Numbered from the stretch's first letter, positions 39,302 to 49,137 are shown. The stretch: DNA of 64,000 bases from Spirochaetia bacterium (GCA_965208575.1 CBDBOV010000005.1:1024001-1088000); one strand, 5' to 3'. Program-made: numbers and translations. Notes: generated from the sequence alone by a model not told the origin.

Positions 39302-40300
39302 ATGCACAGCCGCGATCGATTGCAGCTTCCCGCCGCCGCCCTGCTGGCCGCGGTGGCGGCGGTGGTGTGGTGGCGCGCGGACTTCTTCACCATGGAGCTG
39401 CTGGCCGAGATCGCGATCCTCGCCATCTTCACCATGAGCCTGCAGCTCCTGGTCGGAACGACCGGCATGGTGTCGCTCGGTCACGCGGGATTCCTCGCCG
39501 TGGGCGCATATTCGACTGCGGCCGCGACGCTGTTCATGGGCTGGCCGCCGGCCGCCGCCCTGCTGCTGTCGGTGGCGGCAGCCGCGTTGCTGGCCGCTGT
39601 CGTAGGCGTGTTCGTGATCCGCCTTTCCGGCGTGTTCTTCATCATGATCACGCTCGCCGTGGGCCAGATGTTCCACGCCCTGTTGTTCCGCGCGAAGCTG
39701 TTCGGCGGCGACAACGGGCTGGCCGGCACGCCGCGGTTCGACCTGGCGCCGTTGGGTCTCGACGCGGGCGACTCCGGCACCTTCGCGGCACTCGCGCTGC
39801 TGTGCGCGGCGCTGGTCTACCTGCTGTTGCTGCGGCTCACCCGCTCGCCGTTCGGCATGATGCTCACCGCGATCCACCAGAATGAAAGCCGGCTCGCCTC
39901 GCTCGGCTGCCCGGTGCGGCGCTACAAGCTGGCGGCGTTCGCGGCGGCCGGCGCGGTGGCGGGAGTGGCGGGCGGGCTGACCGCCCAGCACACCGGATTC
40001 ATCTCGCCCGACCTGGCGTTCTGGACCTTCTCAGGTGAGGCGCTGATCATCGTCATTCTCGGCGGCAGCGGGTCGCTGGCCGGCGCCGCCGCCGGCGCCG
40101 CGCTGTTCGTGCTGCTGCGCGACCTGTTCAGCACGGGCTCGTTCTGGAGCGGCCTGTCCCTGCCGCCGGAATTCGCCGCGCACTGGCAACTGGTCATGGG
40201 AGTGCTGTTCATCGCGGTGGTGCTCGCGGCCCGCGACGGTCTGTACGGCCGGCTGGTGTGGCTGATCGACGCGCTGCGCGCGCGCCGCCGCACGCCGTGA
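39302..40300 (+). CDS. Liv-type ABC permease (LivM-like)
   Basis: 'GMVSLGHAGF', 'GVFFIMITLA', 'SPFG..L.AI..NE.R'. Confidence 0.9.
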   Translation: MHSRDRLQLPAAALLAAVAAVVWWRADFFTMELLAEIAILAIFTMSLQLLVGTTGMVSLGHAGFLAVGAYSTAAATLFMGWPPAAALLLSVAAAALLAAVVGVFVIRLSGVFFIMITLAVGQMFHALLFRAKLFGGDNGLAGTPRFDLAPLGLDAGDSGTFAALALLCAALVYLLLLRLTRSPFGMMLTAIHQNESRLASLGCPVRRYKLAAFAAAGAVAGVAGGLTAQHTGFISPDLAFWTFSGEALIIVILGGSGSLAGAAAGAALFVLLRDLFSTGSFWSGLSLPPEFAAHWQLVMGVLFIAVVLAARDGLYGRLVWLIDALRARRRTP

Positions 40301-41052
40301 TGAGCGCAGACGCATTGCGGGCCGAGGGCCTGTACAAGTCGTTCGGGTCGCTGCGCGTGGCCGACGGCGTGTCGATACGTCTCCCCGCCGGCGGCCGCCA
40401 CGGCCTGATCGGACCCAACGGCGCCGGCAAGACGACGCTGTTCAACCTGATCACCGGCGACGTGAAGGCCGACGCGGGCCGGGTGTACGTGGGCGGTCGC
40501 GACCTGAGCGGCACCCCGCCCGACCGCCGGGCACGCGCCGGGCTGGCGCGCAGCTTCCAGCGCAACAACCTGTTCTCGGAACTTACCGTGGCAGACAACC
40601 TGGCGCTCGCGTGCGCGCTGAAGCGGCGCATCGGCCACGTATTCTGGCGCCGCGCGGCAGGCTACCCGGCGCTGCGCGAGGAGGCCGCGGAGCACGCCGC
40701 CCGGCTCGGCCTGGCGGACCGCCGCGGCGAGCGGGTGAGCTCGCTCGGCTACGGCACCCAGCGCCAGCTTGAAATCGGCCTGGCGCTGTTGCAGGAGCCG
40801 CTGGTGCTGCTGCTCGACGAACCCACCGCCGGCATGAGCCCACGGGAGACCGCTGCCATGGTCGACCTGCTCGCCGGCCTGCCGTCCGAGCTGGCGCTGG
40901 TGGTGATCGAGCACGACATGGACGTGGTGTTCGGCCTGGCCGACCGCATCACCGTGCTCGACTACGGGCGCATACTGGTCGAAGGCACGCCGGCGGAGGT
41001 GCGCGGCTCGCTCGAGGTGCGGCGTCGCTACCTCGGCGCCGCCGGCGCGTGA
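40300..41052 (+). CDS. Liv-type ABC ATPase (LivG-like)
   Basis: 'LIGPNGAGKTT', 'LLDEPTAGMS', 'IEHDMD'. Confidence 0.92.
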   Translation: MSADALRAEGLYKSFGSLRVADGVSIRLPAGGRHGLIGPNGAGKTTLFNLITGDVKADAGRVYVGGRDLSGTPPDRRARAGLARSFQRNNLFSELTVADNLALACALKRRIGHVFWRRAAGYPALREEAAEHAARLGLADRRGERVSSLGYGTQRQLEIGLALLQEPLVLLLDEPTAGMSPRETAAMVDLLAGLPSELALVVIEHDMDVVFGLADRITVLDYGRILVEGTPAEVRGSLEVRRRYLGAAGA

Positions 41053-41059
41053 GGGCGCC

Positions 41060-41758
41060 ATGCTCCGGGTAGCGGAGATCGACGCCTACTACGGCGCGAG
41101 CCACACCCTGCAAGGGGTCAGTCTCGACGTGCCGCGCGGCAGCGTGGTGGCCCTGCTCGGCCGCAACGGCGCCGGCAAGTCGACCACCTTGAAGGCGATC
41201 ATGGGCGTGGTGCCGGTCGCGCGCGGTACGATTCGATTCGCCGGCGAGGCGATCCACCGCCTGCCGCTGCACCGGATCGCGCGCCGCGGCATCGCCTACG
41301 TGCCGGAGGAGCGCGGCATCTTCGCATCGCTGACCGTGGACGAGCACCTGGCCGTGAGCCGCCCGCGCGGCGGCGGCGAGCGCCGGTTCCCGGCCGAGAA
41401 GCTGTACGAAACCTTCCCCGCTCTCGCCGAGCGGCGCCGCCACCGCGGCAACGAGCTCAGCGGCGGCGAGCAGCAGATGCTCGCCATCGCGCGGGCGTTG
41501 CGGCAGGAGCCGCGCCTGCTGATCCTGGACGAACCCACCGAGGGCCTGGCCCCGGTGATCGTGGAGCGCATAGCGGCCGCGCTGCACACGCTCAAGCGGG
41601 ACGGCATGAGCATGCTGCTGGTGGAACAGAATTACCCGTTCGCCCTGTCGTTGGCGGAACGGATCTCCGTGCTCGGCAAGGGGCGCGTGCGCTGGCGCGG
41701 CACGGCGGACGAACTGGCCGCCACCCCCGCCGTAGCCCACGCCTGGCTGGGCGTGTGA
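41060..41758 (+). CDS. Liv-type ABC ATPase (LivF-like)
   Basis: 'GRNGAGKST', 'LSGGEQQMLAIAR', 'LDEPTEGLAP'. Confidence 0.92.
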   Translation: MLRVAEIDAYYGASHTLQGVSLDVPRGSVVALLGRNGAGKSTTLKAIMGVVPVARGTIRFAGEAIHRLPLHRIARRGIAYVPEERGIFASLTVDEHLAVSRPRGGGERRFPAEKLYETFPALAERRRHRGNELSGGEQQMLAIARALRQEPRLLILDEPTEGLAPVIVERIAAALHTLKRDGMSMLLVEQNYPFALSLAERISVLGKGRVRWRGTADELAATPAVAHAWLGV

Positions 41759-41783
41759 CGGAGTCGTTGCGGGCCGGCTCGCA

Positions 41784-43265
41784 CTACTCGGTGTCCGGCT
41801 CCCATATGCGGCTCTCGCGCGCGTCGAAGAAGCCCTCGTTGGTGGGTTTGAGCTTCCAGGTCTCGACCGCGCGCAGCGTCAGAGGCGGCGTGAATGGCCG
41901 GCGTCCGAACAGGTAGCCGCGCAACTCGCCTCCGCCGTCGCGATACGCCGTGAACACCGTCAGCAACGCCTGGCGGCCGTTGACGAACACTTCCACCAGG
42001 TACTTGTCGACGAAGATGCGCAGTTCCAGGGGTTCGCCCGGCGGCAGGTCGGCGACGGCGAACGGCGCCTCGGTGTCGCCGGCACAGATGGTGCCGGCCT
42101 CGGGCCGGATCAGCACCGGCAACCCTTCGTGGTCGTCGTCGGCGAACAGCAACACACCGAAGCGGCGGCGCTCCGCCTCGGCCCGATCCACCGTGACCCG
42201 CACCTCGAACGCGTCGCCGTCGAGCGAAGCGATGGTGGTGGTGCCGTCGACCACGATGTCGCGCCGTGTCACCGGGTCGTGGCGCAGCGACTCCAGTTCG
42301 CGCAGGGGTTCGATGCGCAGCGTGCCGTCGTCATGCAGGCTCAGTTCGCGCGGCAGCGACTGCACGCTCTTCAGGTCGATCGTCGGGTCGGCCGTGCACA
42401 GCCACGCCCACATCACGCGCCGCCCGTCAGGGGTCAGTACGCTCTCGGGCGCGAAGAAGTCGCGGTACACCGGCTCGGTGAGCGACTGGCCGGGGCGCCG
42501 CCAGTTCATGCGCCCGTGCACGTGCGGCACGAATTGTTCCGCCTCGGCGTCCCAGTCGCCCAGGTAGTAGCGGCAGCCGATCTGATGGCTGATGCACAGC
42601 AGCATCCACGTGCCGCCGAACGGGAACAGGTTGGCGCACGAGGTGTCCTCGCCGATGGCGACGTCGGGCAGGTAGCGCTGCAGCAGCGGTCCCACGTAGC
42701 GCCAGTTGACCAGGTCGGTGGAACTGACCAGCTCCAGGTTGTCGCCGGCGGAGTAGGCGTAGTAGGTGTCGCCCACCTGGAACAGGTCGGGGTCGCCGGC
42801 CAGCACCACCCGTTTGCCCTCCGGCACGCCGGTGGGCAGCACCGGGTAGGGCTTGCTCCAGCCGCTGAGCTGGTTGTCGTCCGCCACCGTGATGTAGCTG
42901 CGGCCCGGATCGGACAGCCCCGGGTAGATCGCCGCCGGCTTGCCCTCCTTGGTGATGAAACCGGTGCCGCTGAATATGCCGTGACCGGCGAAGCTCGGTT
43001 GCAGCTTGGTGGTGTGCCAGGTCCAGTGCAGCATGTCCGGGCTGGTCACGTGAATGAAGCTGAACGATGAGTTGCCGTCGCGCAACCGCGCCGTGCCGCC
43101 CTTCCAGGGGTGGCGCAGAATGTAGTGCAGGTGATAGACGCCGTCCAGGCAAAAGGCGACGTTGGGGTCGCCCGGGGCGCTGTCCTCGCCCGGGTGCATC
43201 AGGTGGAAGTTGAGTGCCAGTTCGTCGGTCACGGTACTGTCGTCGAAACCCTTGTTGGTTGCCAT
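41784..43265 (-). CDS. GH32-like glycoside hydrolase with variant catalytic motifs
   Basis: 'GDPN', 'SPDMLHW', 'FSGTG', 'GDPDLF', 'SCANLF', 'DGRRVMWAW', 'SLPREL', 'LRIFVDKYLVEVFVN'. Confidence 0.82.
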   Translation of the reverse strand: MATNKGFDDSTVTDELALNFHLMHPGEDSAPGDPNVAFCLDGVYHLHYILRHPWKGGTARLRDGNSSFSFIHVTSPDMLHWTWHTTKLQPSFAGHGIFSGTGFITKEGKPAAIYPGLSDPGRSYITVADDNQLSGWSKPYPVLPTGVPEGKRVVLAGDPDLFQVGDTYYAYSAGDNLELVSSTDLVNWRYVGPLLQRYLPDVAIGEDTSCANLFPFGGTWMLLCISHQIGCRYYLGDWDAEAEQFVPHVHGRMNWRRPGQSLTEPVYRDFFAPESVLTPDGRRVMWAWLCTADPTIDLKSVQSLPRELSLHDDGTLRIEPLRELESLRHDPVTRRDIVVDGTTTIASLDGDAFEVRVTVDRAEAERRRFGVLLFADDDHEGLPVLIRPEAGTICAGDTEAPFAVADLPPGEPLELRIFVDKYLVEVFVNGRQALLTVFTAYRDGGGELRGYLFGRRPFTPPLTLRAVETWKLKPTNEGFFDARESRIWEPDTE

Positions 43266-43377
43266 AGCGATTGGCCGCGAGTGTAGGCGCGGCCGCCGGT
43301 CATCGCAACCACGCCGCAACGCGCCGGCCGCTGCCGTCGAGCGCGGCGACGCGGGTGATACGCGGTGTCATGCGCTG

Positions 43378-44037
43378 TCAGAACGCGATGCCCAGGTCCA
43401 GTCCCCAGCCGAAGGAGAAACCGGAGAAGGCGGCGCTCGCGGTTCGCTCGAGATCGGCCGAGATGCCCTCGGCCTCGGTGGTCAGGTAGTGATAGGCCAG
43501 GCCCGCGCGCGGCGTGATCGCGATCAGCCCCAGCAGCACGCGGTAGCCGACGTGCACTCCGCCGCCGATCTTGAAGGTGTCCACCTCCAGGTCCTCCGCG
43601 TCCTTGTCTGCAAGCGCACTGCCCTTGAAGGTCGCGTACAGGTAGCCGGGTTCCACCGATCCGCCGACGAACAGGCCGACGGGCGCCCGGTCGGTCAGGA
43701 AGTAGTTCGCTCCCAGGGCGCCGGAAATGGACCAGAGCTCGTAATCGTCCGGCTCCACCCCCGCGATCTCGAACAGTGCGCCGAGCAGACTGCCCTTGGC
43801 ATTGAAGTAGGTGGGCACCACGAACACGCTCCACTCCTCGTCGAGCGCGATTTCCAGCGACCCGCTGTAGATACCGACCAGCGGTCCGAACAGGTTCAGC
43901 CCGAAGACGCCGGTCGCGGACCGGCCTTCCTCGGTACTGGCGTGGGTTTGTGCGAATCCCGCCGTCGCGACCGTGAGCATGCACGCCGCGACCAGAAGAC
44001 GGGAAACGGGGGAGCGAGTGCTCCGCGTCTCCTGCAT
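43378..44037 (-). CDS. Small outer-membrane beta-barrel protein (DUF3575-like)
   Basis: Signal peptide ending AGFA-Q, alternating amphipathic strands, C-terminal 'GLDLGIAF' with terminal Phe. Confidence 0.72.
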   Translation of the reverse strand: MQETRSTRSPVSRLLVAACMLTVATAGFAQTHASTEEGRSATGVFGLNLFGPLVGIYSGSLEIALDEEWSVFVVPTYFNAKGSLLGALFEIAGVEPDDYELWSISGALGANYFLTDRAPVGLFVGGSVEPGYLYATFKGSALADKDAEDLEVDTFKIGGGVHVGYRVLLGLIAITPRAGLAYHYLTTEAEGISADLERTASAAFSGFSFGWGLDLGIAF

Positions 44038-44146
44038 GATTGTCCCCCTCCCAGTGGACGCAGGAAACATACCGGCCGGCGGGCGCTTGTTTCTACCCGT
44101 CCGGCGGATGTTTGTGGTTCAATCCGCAAAAAGAACGCTCGCCGCG

Positions 44147-44298
44147 TGTGGATAACATGTGGATGAAGCGGGCAACGGCGGCGGCCAACGGGGCAGTCGG
44201 CGACGGCAGGTCATGCAGTCCTGGTCGTCGGGCGCCAGTTCAATACGACAGACTGTCAAAAATACCGTTTGGTCGGAATGTGGATAACATGTGAACGA
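44147..44298. promoter_or_regulatory. DnaA-box cluster (two tandem pairs)
   Basis: Perfect TGTGGATAA (=TTATCCACA) at 44147-44155 and 44279-44287, each followed after 'CA' by a degenerate box (TGTGGATGA 44158-44166; TGTGAACGA 44290-44298), in non-coding DNA. Confidence 0.7.
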
Positions 44299-44338
44299 GT
44301 GACGGCGTGGCGTACCGAGCGGTCGAAATGAACGCAGG

Positions 44339-46012
44339 TCAGAAGCGGTGCGAGCCGGTAAGGCTCGGATCCCAACGCTCGGCGGTCAGCATGCTGAAGG
44401 CGGCATCGAGGGCGGACGGCGTGCCGAGTCGGCGCAGGGCGGCGAGCACCACCGTGGTCACTTGTCCACACGGATCGTCGAGGGCGGCGATCAGGTCCGA
44501 CTCCGCGTCCGCGGCGCGGCGGCCGAGGCGTGCCAGGGAGGTGGCGGCGTTGAAGCGGACCTGGTCGCGGACGCACCAGCCGCGCACCAGCGGCGTGTCC
44601 CAGCCGGGTCGCTCCTGGTGCAGCAGCCTGCCGAGGGGGCCGGCTGCCTCGGCAGCCGCGATGGTGCCGAGGGAATCCGCCGCGGTGCGCACCACGAAGT
44701 GCGAATCGTCCGCGAGCGCGCGTGTCAGGGCTGGTACGGCGGCGCCCGCCGCGTGATCCATCTCGCCGAGCGCAAAGGCGGCGTTTACCCGCGACCACTC
44801 GTCGTGGTCGTCCGCGAGCAGGTCGATCAGCGCCGGAATCGCGTCGCTGCCGATGGCTGCCAGCGCGTGGGAGGCGTCGTCCATCACCAGCGCCTGCTCG
44901 CGCCACGTACCGCCGTGATTGCCGCCTCCGACGCCGCGCAGCAGGTGGGGCAGGGCGGCCCCGGACCCGCGCAGTGCATCGGTCAGTGCGGGTATGGCGG
45001 GCGAGCCGATGGCGCCGAGGGCATAGGTGGCGGCAACGCGCACCGAATCGGGCTCCCGGTTGAGGCAGGCGATCAGCGCCGGAATCGCCGCCACCGCCTC
45101 CGCGCCGCCGTGCGCCAGCGTCTCGGCAGCCGCCACCCGGTCCGCTGCCGGACCGGCGGCCAGCCGCCGCTGCAGGCCGTCCTCCGCCGAGCCGGCGGCG
45201 CGTGTCTCGCCGTTGGCCCGTGCCGCGCCGCCCGCGGCGAAGCTGGCATAGCGGTGCGGCGCGCCGCGCAGCCAGTCCCACAGGTGGGACCAGGCCATGT
45301 CCAGGCGGTCATGGGTGGACAACTCCCGCGGACCGCGCCAGGTCCACTCCGGACCGGACCAGCCGTTCGCCATCGGGGCCGCCGAGCGCATGTAGATGAA
45401 CTTCACCATGAAGCGGCGCTGCGCGGTCACGTTGACGCCGGCGGCGTGCCCGACGTCGAAGTGGGTCAGGCTCACGAGACCGGCCGGACCGCTGACCGGG
45501 AACTGGTGCGCCTTGTCGGCGTCCGACAGCCCCCGGTTCAGGTGGGTGCCGGGGATCACGTGCGTCGGGCCCAGCTCGGGCGGCGTATCCTGCGGGTAAT
45601 ACATGACGCGCACGAAGCGGAGATGGTGATGCCTCGGTCGCCCCAGCGGCGTGTAGGAGTCCTGGTGGCTGTTGGCGGCCAGCTTGGCCGCATGGTCGAC
45701 GCCGCCCAGATCCTGCAGCGCCTCGATGTGGCAGAAGCGGTGCGGGTGCTCCAGGTAGCCGGGACCGAGCAGGGTGAGCAGGGCGCCGCACACCTCGGGC
45801 GACTCCAGCACGTGGCGCATCTCCGGCACCAGCGGCAGGACGTTGTTGCCGGGGTTGTCGGTGCCGGGAATCGCCTCGGCCAGCTTGCGGTAAATGGTCC
45901 GATGCAGTTCTGCCGGCACCGAAGGCTTCAGCACCAGGAACCCGTCGGCGATGAACCGGTGCACCTGCTCGGCGGTCAGCGGGACCGGCTTCGTACCTGT
46001 CGTGGCTACCAT
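44339..46012 (-). CDS. PhyH-like Fe(II)/2-oxoglutarate dioxygenase fused to HEAT repeats
   Basis: 'LTAEQVHRFIADGFLV', HxD 'HQD', 'YYPQDTP.E.GPT.VIPG', distal His 'HFDVGH'; C-terminal 'VRVAATYALGAIG', 'AIPAL', 'VRFNAATSLARLG' repeats. Confidence 0.85.
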   Translation of the reverse strand: MVATTGTKPVPLTAEQVHRFIADGFLVLKPSVPAELHRTIYRKLAEAIPGTDNPGNNVLPLVPEMRHVLESPEVCGALLTLLGPGYLEHPHRFCHIEALQDLGGVDHAAKLAANSHQDSYTPLGRPRHHHLRFVRVMYYPQDTPPELGPTHVIPGTHLNRGLSDADKAHQFPVSGPAGLVSLTHFDVGHAAGVNVTAQRRFMVKFIYMRSAAPMANGWSGPEWTWRGPRELSTHDRLDMAWSHLWDWLRGAPHRYASFAAGGAARANGETRAAGSAEDGLQRRLAAGPAADRVAAAETLAHGGAEAVAAIPALIACLNREPDSVRVAATYALGAIGSPAIPALTDALRGSGAALPHLLRGVGGGNHGGTWREQALVMDDASHALAAIGSDAIPALIDLLADDHDEWSRVNAAFALGEMDHAAGAAVPALTRALADDSHFVVRTAADSLGTIAAAEAAGPLGRLLHQERPGWDTPLVRGWCVRDQVRFNAATSLARLGRRAADAESDLIAALDDPCGQVTTVVLAALRRLGTPSALDAAFSMLTAERWDPSLTGSHRF

Positions 46013-46099
46013 GCCGTTCACGTTGCCCCGCCCGCCGCCGTCGGTCAATACCCATGTCGCCGGCCAGGCTGCCGGAGGTCCGCGGCGCCCGCGTCCGCC

Positions 46100-47158
46100 T
46101 CAGGCCGCCGTGCCGGTGCGCGGGTCGACCGGCTGCCCGGTGCGGGCGCTCTCATACATGGCCAGAACGATATTGACCGCCTTGCACGCCTCGGCTCCGT
46201 CGACGGCCGGCACCAGGCCCCCCTGCAGCGCCCGCGCGAAGTCCTCGAACTGAGCCTGGTGCCCCTCGATGCCGATGTCGGCCGGGTTCGAGGCACCGCC
46301 CGCGCCGGCCTCGCCCTGGCCGTGGCGGGCGCGAATGGCGGCGTCGCCCGGATGCTCGTCGGCGAACGTCCAGTGCTCCAGGCGGTCCTGCACCGATGCG
46401 ACGCTGCCGGCGGTGCCGTATATCTCGACGCGCTGCGGGAATCCGGGCCAGGCGGCGGTGCAACCTTCGATGGTGCCCAGGGCGCCGTCCGCGAACTGCA
46501 CCACCGCGGCGCCGGTGTCCTCCACCTCGATGCCGTGGTGGCCGAGCGTGGCCGTCGCGCTGATCACGCGCGCGGCCGGCCCCATGAACCACTGCAGCAG
46601 GTCGATGGCATGGATCGATTGATTCATCAGTGCGCCGCCGCCGTCCAGGCGCCGGGTGCCGTGCCAGCCGCCGTCGTCGTAGTACTGCTGCGTGCGATAC
46701 CACTTGACAGAGGCGTCGCCGAGCACGACGCGGCCGAGGCGACCGGCGTCGACCGCCTCCTTGATGAGGCGCGACACCGGCAGGAAGCGCGACGGGAAGA
46801 TACCCGCCACCGTGACGCCGCGCCGGTCGGCCGCCTCCAGGAGCCGCGTGCAGCGCTCCCGCGTCACCTCCAGGGGCTTCTCGACAATCAGGTGCTTGCC
46901 GGCGTCGATCGCCGCCAGGGCCGGCTCCAGGTGAGCGCCCGACGGGGAGCAGATCGACACCGCCTGCAGGCCGGGGTGGCGCAGGAACGCCGTCATGTCG
47001 CCGTAGGCCGCACACCGGTGCCGGGCGCCGAACTGCGCGGCGCGCGCGGCGCTGCGCGAGGCGCACGCCACCAGTTCGGCGCCGCCGGCCGCGTGCAGCG
47101 CGCGGGCGTGAAAGTCGGCGATCATCCCGAGGCCCACGACGCCGAAGCCGATGCTCAC
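46100..47158 (-). CDS. Gfo/Idh/MocA oxidoreductase
   Basis: 'GVVGLGMIA', 'AGKHLIVEKP', 'GGGALMNQSIHAIDL', 'EVED'. Confidence 0.92.
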   Translation of the reverse strand: MSIGFGVVGLGMIADFHARALHAAGGAELVACASRSAARAAQFGARHRCAAYGDMTAFLRHPGLQAVSICSPSGAHLEPALAAIDAGKHLIVEKPLEVTRERCTRLLEAADRRGVTVAGIFPSRFLPVSRLIKEAVDAGRLGRVVLGDASVKWYRTQQYYDDGGWHGTRRLDGGGALMNQSIHAIDLLQWFMGPAARVISATATLGHHGIEVEDTGAAVVQFADGALGTIEGCTAAWPGFPQRVEIYGTAGSVASVQDRLEHWTFADEHPGDAAIRARHGQGEAGAGGASNPADIGIEGHQAQFEDFARALQGGLVPAVDGAEACKAVNIVLAMYESARTGQPVDPRTGTAA

Positions 47159-47297
47159 GCCGGCTCCGTCCCGATGCGTTCCTGCATCATCACTGCTCGT
47201 CTCCTCCTGCCGGGGATCCCGGTTGGTGGCGCGCATGGTACGGCGTGCGCCGCCGCCTGTTCAATGCGTGGACCGCGGCTGCTATGCTCGGGCGGCA

Positions 47298-48299
47298 ATG
47301 AGTGGGACCATCAGCGTAATGCAGTTCGGCTGCGGCCCGATCGGGTGCAGCATCGTGCGGCTGGCCGCACGGCGCGCGTCGCTGTCGGTGTGCGGAGCAG
47401 TCGACATCGACCCGGCACTGGCCGGGCGCGACCTCGGACAGGTGGCGGCCGCGGGCGGTACGCGGGGAGCGCTGGTCCATGGCGACGCGCGCGCGGCGCT
47501 CGCCGAGTTGCGTCCCGACCTGGTGTTCCACTCCACCGGCTCGAAGGTGGCCGAGGTGTACGAACAGCTCGCCGTGATCGTTGCGGCGGGCGCCAACGTC
47601 GTTTCCACCTGCGAGGAGCTGGCGTTCCCGGCGTACCGTGATCCCGAGCTGGCCGATCGGCTGCACGCGCTGGCGGTGCGCCACGGCGTGGCGATCCTGG
47701 GCACCGGGGTCAATCCCGGCTTCCTCATGGACACGTGGCCGCTGTTCATGTCGACGCTGTGTGCGGACGTGCGGCGGGTGCGCGTGGTGCGCGTACAGGA
47801 CGCCTCCGGGCGCCGGGTTCCGTTTCAGCGCAAGATCGGCGCCGGCCTGTCGGTGGCCGAGTTCGAGACCGCGGTGGCCGGCGGCGCGTTCGGCCACGTG
47901 GGGCTGCAGGAATCGGCCGCGATGCTGGCGGCCGGCCTGGGCTGGCGCCTGGACCGGATCAGCGAATCGATCGAGCCGGTCGTGCTCGACCGCGAGGTGC
48001 GCAGCGCACACGTGACGGTCCCGGCCGGCACGGTCGCCGGACTGAAGCAGGCGGCGGTCGGCACACGCGCCGGCGAAGCGGCGGTGGAATTGGAGTTCGA
48101 GGCCTACCTGGGCGCGCCGCGCTCCTACGAGACCGTGTCGCTGGCCGGTACGCCGCCGTTGGAAGTGACCATCGAGGGCGGCACCCCCGGCGACACCGCC
48201 ACCGCCGCCATCGTGGTCAACAGCGCGCCCGCGGTGGCCGCCGCCGCCCCCGGCCTGTACAGCATGAACGACATGCCCGTGGTGGGCTGCACGGCCTGA
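47298..48299 (+). CDS. NAD(P)H-dependent amine dehydrogenase family (2,4-diaminopentanoate dehydrogenase/DapB-like)
   Basis: 'QFGCGPIG', 'NVVSTCEEL', 'GTGVNPGFLMD', 'FQRKIGAGL', 'GHVGL.ES', 'GDTATAAIVVN'. Confidence 0.8.
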   Translation: MSGTISVMQFGCGPIGCSIVRLAARRASLSVCGAVDIDPALAGRDLGQVAAAGGTRGALVHGDARAALAELRPDLVFHSTGSKVAEVYEQLAVIVAAGANVVSTCEELAFPAYRDPELADRLHALAVRHGVAILGTGVNPGFLMDTWPLFMSTLCADVRRVRVVRVQDASGRRVPFQRKIGAGLSVAEFETAVAGGAFGHVGLQESAAMLAAGLGWRLDRISESIEPVVLDREVRSAHVTVPAGTVAGLKQAAVGTRAGEAAVELEFEAYLGAPRSYETVSLAGTPPLEVTIEGGTPGDTATAAIVVNSAPAVAAAAPGLYSMNDMPVVGCTA

Positions 48300-48308
48300 C
48301 CTGCAATG

Positions 48309-48346
48309 CAGCAGGCCGGCTCCCCGCGCGGGAAGCCGGCCTGCTG
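48309..48346. terminator. Hairpin between convergent genes (probable bidirectional terminator)
   Basis: 13-bp stem CAGCAGGCCGGCT / AGCCGGCCTGCTG. Confidence 0.75.
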
Positions 48347-48372
48347 TTCATGACCGCGTAGTCGGTGGGAAC

Positions 48373-49047
48373 TTAGAAGCTGAAGCGCACGCCGAGTTCG
48401 GCGCGGTGCGCCATCAGGGTCGGCTTGACGTACCTGTCTTCGTCGTCGGGGTCGGTAACCTGAGTCTCCAGGGTGCCGAAGAACTTGTAGCCGAGGGTAA
48501 GCGCCACCGCGTCGATGATCTCGTACGCCACGCCGAGGTTGGCCTGGTAGGCAAAGCCCCAGCCGCTGCCCTCGAAGCTGGGATCGGTGTCGTCGTTTCC
48601 GTCATCGAGCTTGACCGCCAGGTTGACGGCGCCGGCGCCGATGCCGATGAACGGCACGAACGGGGTGCCGGTGTCCAGGTCGAAGAAGCCGTTGGCCAGC
48701 ATCGACATCACGGTGAGATTGTCGTCGGCCTTGTTGTCGTCATCGATCTCGTCGTCGTGCAGGAAATTTGCGGACTGGAAGGAGAACTCCGCCTCGGCGC
48801 GAAAGTCGCCGAAGTCGTAGCCCGCGGAACCGCCGGCGCCGAAGCCGAAGTCGAGGTCCCAGTTGGCCTCCTTCTGGTTGCCGTCGATTCCCTTCTCGGG
48901 CACTTCCTCGATATCGGTTATCAGCGTGATCCCGCCGCCGGCGGCCACGTAGAAGCCGGTGCCGGCCATCATCATGTCCTGGGCGAACAGGCTCGCGCCC
49001 GGTATCGACAGCAGCGCGACGGACAGGAGCGTAGCGAATGTGCGCAT
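48373..49047 (-). CDS. Outer-membrane beta-barrel protein (OmpA/opacity-like 8-strand family)
   Basis: Signal peptide, 'GFYVAAGGG', 'GYDFGDFRAEAE', 'MLANGFFD', 'PFIGIGAG', 'FAYQANLGVAY', C-terminal 'GVRFSF'. Confidence 0.88.
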   Translation of the reverse strand: MRTFATLLSVALLSIPGASLFAQDMMMAGTGFYVAAGGGITLITDIEEVPEKGIDGNQKEANWDLDFGFGAGGSAGYDFGDFRAEAEFSFQSANFLHDDEIDDDNKADDNLTVMSMLANGFFDLDTGTPFVPFIGIGAGAVNLAVKLDDGNDDTDPSFEGSGWGFAYQANLGVAYEIIDAVALTLGYKFFGTLETQVTDPDDEDRYVKPTLMAHRAELGVRFSF

Positions 49048-49137
49048 GTATTGGTGCCTCACTTGGAGTCGGATAAGCGGGAAAGTACAGGATTTTTCCA
49101 TGTACGGCAATCGAAGGGAAAATCGAAGAGTGCGCGG

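Noticed and set aside
44348-47641. 1097-aa ORF and many other long Arg/Gly/Ala-rich ORFs (e.g. 2210..4393, 8713..10740, 33862..36093)
   Set aside because: Antisense or off-frame shadows of well-supported genes, expected in high-GC DNA.
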